Source: Eubacteriales bacterium | GTDB lineage: Bacteria > Bacillota > Clostridia > Oscillospirales > JAAYXM01 | NCBI GenBank assembly: GCA_045629985.1 | Contig: JAZQSI010000021.1 | Location: forward strand, 1 to 53,714 | Direction of reading: 5' to 3' | DNA: 53,714 nt | Part shown: positions 52,400 to 53,714 of the stretch, one piece after another | How the letters are laid out: each line of letters begins with the position of its first letter | Numbering within the stretch: the first letter of the stretch is position 1 | Made by a program: the position numbers and the translations under genes | The notes under the pieces: generated by a model | The model's input: the letters and a program-made list of their open reading frames with translations, nothing else | What the model was told of the DNA's origin: nothing | Database searches by the model: none

Positions 52400-53714
52400 T
52401 TGGGTACTAAGTATGTATACCTGTTCTCCGAAGGCAATGGTTCTATGAGAAACCTCCTCGGAGGCAAAGGCGCTAACCTCGCAGAAATGACAAGCCTCGG
52501 AATGCCTGTTCCCCAGGGATTCACTGTTACAACAGAAGCTTGCACACGCTATTACGATGACGGCAAGGTTATCGCTCCCGAAATCGAAGCTGAAATTCTC
52601 GAGCACATGAAGAAACTTGAGGATATCTGCGGAAAGAAGTTCGGTGACACCGAAAATCCGCTCCTCGTTTCTGTTCGTTCAGGTGCTCGTGCATCCATGC
52701 CCGGTATGATGGACACAATCCTCAACCTCGGTCTTAACGAAGACGTTGTCAACGTTATGGCTGCAAAGTCAGGCAATCCGCGTTGGGCTTGGGACTGCTA
52801 CAGAAGATTTATCCAGATGTACTCCGACGTTGTTATGGAAGTCGGCAAGAAGTACTTCGAGCAGCTTATCGACAAGATGAAGGAAGAAAAGGGTGTTACA
52901 TCCGACCTCGACCTCACCGCTGATGACCTCAAGGAACTTGCAAATCAGTTCAAGGCTGAATACAAAAACAAAATCGGTAAGGACTTCCCCTCTGATCCTA
53001 AGGAGCAGTTGATGGGCGCTGTTGAGGCTGTTTTCCGTTCTTGGGACAACCCCAGAGCAAACGTTTACCGTCGTGACAACGATATTCCTTATTCTTGGGG
53101 TACCGCTGTTAATGTTCAGATGATGGCTTTCGGTAACATGGGTGACGATTGCGGTACCGGTGTTGCATTTACCCGTGACCCTGCTACCGGTGAGCGCGGT
53201 CTTATGGGTGAGTTCCTTACCAATGCACAGGGTGAGGACGTTGTTGCAGGTGTTCGTACTCCTATGCCCATCGCTGAGATGGCACAGAAGTTCCCTGCAG
53301 CATTCGAGGAATTCAATAAGGTTTGTGCAATTCTTGAAAATCACTACAGAGATATGCAGGATATGGAGTTCACCGTTGAGGACGGTAAGCTTTACATGCT
53401 CCAGACCCGTAACGGTAAGAGAACCGCTAAGGCTGCTCTTAAGATCGCGTGTGACCTCGTTGACGAGGGCATGATCGATGAGAAGCAGGCAGTTGCAATG
53501 ATCGATCCCCGTAACCTTGACACTCTTCTTCATCCCCAGTTCGACACCAAGGCTCTTAAAGCTGCTACTCCTGCAGGTAAGGGCCTCAGCGCTTCTCCCG
53601 GGGCTGCTTGCGGTAAGGTTGTTTTCAACGCTGAGGATGCAGAGGCTTGGAACAACCGTGGCGAAAAGGTAATCCTTGTTCGTCTTGAAACCTCACCTGA
53701 GGATATCACAGGTA
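52400..53714 (+). CDS. ppdK: Pyruvate, phosphate dikinase, N-terminal ~438 codons (continues beyond window)
   Basis: It is not in the ORF track because it has no stop in the window. Translation from TTG 52400 (AAAGGA 9 nt upstream) gives (M)GTKYVYLFSEGNGSMRNLLGGKGANLAEMTSLGMPVPQGFTVTTEAC..YY, later RDPATGE and MQDMEFTVEDGKLYMLQTRNGKRT (ATP-grasp). The frame was checked at 53390. The minus-strand ORFs 52370-53533 are antisense artefacts. Confidence 0.9.
   Translation, partial: MGTKYVYLFSEGNGSMRNLLGGKGANLAEMTSLGMPVPQGFTVTTEACTRYYDDGKVIAPEIEAEILEHMKKLEDICGKKFGDTENPLLVSVRSGARASMPGMMDTILNLGLNEDVVNVMAAKSGNPRWAWDCYRRFIQMYSDVVMEVGKKYFEQLIDKMKEEKGVTSDLDLTADDLKELANQFKAEYKNKIGKDFPSDPKEQLMGAVEAVFRSWDNPRANVYRRDNDIPYSWGTAVNVQMMAFGNMGDDCGTGVAFTRDPATGERGLMGEFLTNAQGEDVVAGVRTPMPIAEMAQKFPAAFEEFNKVCAILENHYRDMQDMEFTVEDGKLYMLQTRNGKRTAKAALKIACDLVDEGMIDEKQAVAMIDPRNLDTLLHPQFDTKALKAATPAGKGLSASPGAACGKVVFNAEDAEAWNNRGEKVILVRLETSPEDITG

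Noticed and set aside
52370-53533. Three minus-strand ORFs (78, 74 and 254 aa) at the right end of the window
   Set aside because: They lie antisense to an unmistakable pyruvate phosphate dikinase reading frame on the + strand. That gene is absent from the ORF track only because it runs off the window. The antisense translations are low-complexity.

Overview
This is a chromosomal, mostly housekeeping segment of a low-GC, spore-forming Firmicute. It looks Clostridia-like: spoIIM, SpoIID-type, cwlD-type and remA genes are present, with Bacillus/Clostridium-style synteny. No rRNA, tRNA, CRISPR array, transposase or prophage genes were seen. The gene order, left to right, is as follows. (1) phoU' followed by a PhoP/PhoR-like two-component pair. 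(2) A small accessory patch: a membrane protein, a membrane-tethered XRE regulator, a PAP2 phosphatase and a DUF624 protein. (3) xerD-spoIIM. (4) proC and asd-dapA-dapB. (5) queA-tgt, a SpoIID/SPOR protein, yajC, a yabE-like gene and rsmA. (6) A long minus-strand string nusB-xseA-xseB-ispA-[glycoside hydrolase]-[about 600-nt ncRNA]-[small membrane protein]-dxs-tlyA-nadK-argR-recN. (7) radA and a cwlD-like amidase. (8) A minus-strand string priA-def-fmt-Zn peptidase-rsmB-rlmN-stp-prkC-rsgA. (9) yicC-remA-rpoZ. (10) cdaA-cdaR followed by three tightly coupled unknown genes. (11) A DUF3343/cysteine-desulfurase pair, a D-Ala-D-Ala carboxypeptidase, and the 5' part of ppdK, which is not in the ORF track. 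The most notable element is the 686-nt ORF-free, G+C-rich, structured spacer at 24469-25154 (minus strand). It is followed by a small polytopic membrane protein and sits exactly in the ispA...dxs context described for OLE (ornate, large, extremophilic) RNA and its partner OapA. Here a 907-aa glycoside-hydrolase-like gene is wedged between ispA and the RNA. The second candidate is the cdaA-cdaR operon, which lacks glmM and instead continues into a DUF5685-like protein, a J-domain/TPR protein ending in a cysteine string, and a membrane protein. All calls rest on reading motifs, synteny and sequence by eye. No database search or covariance-model scan was run.
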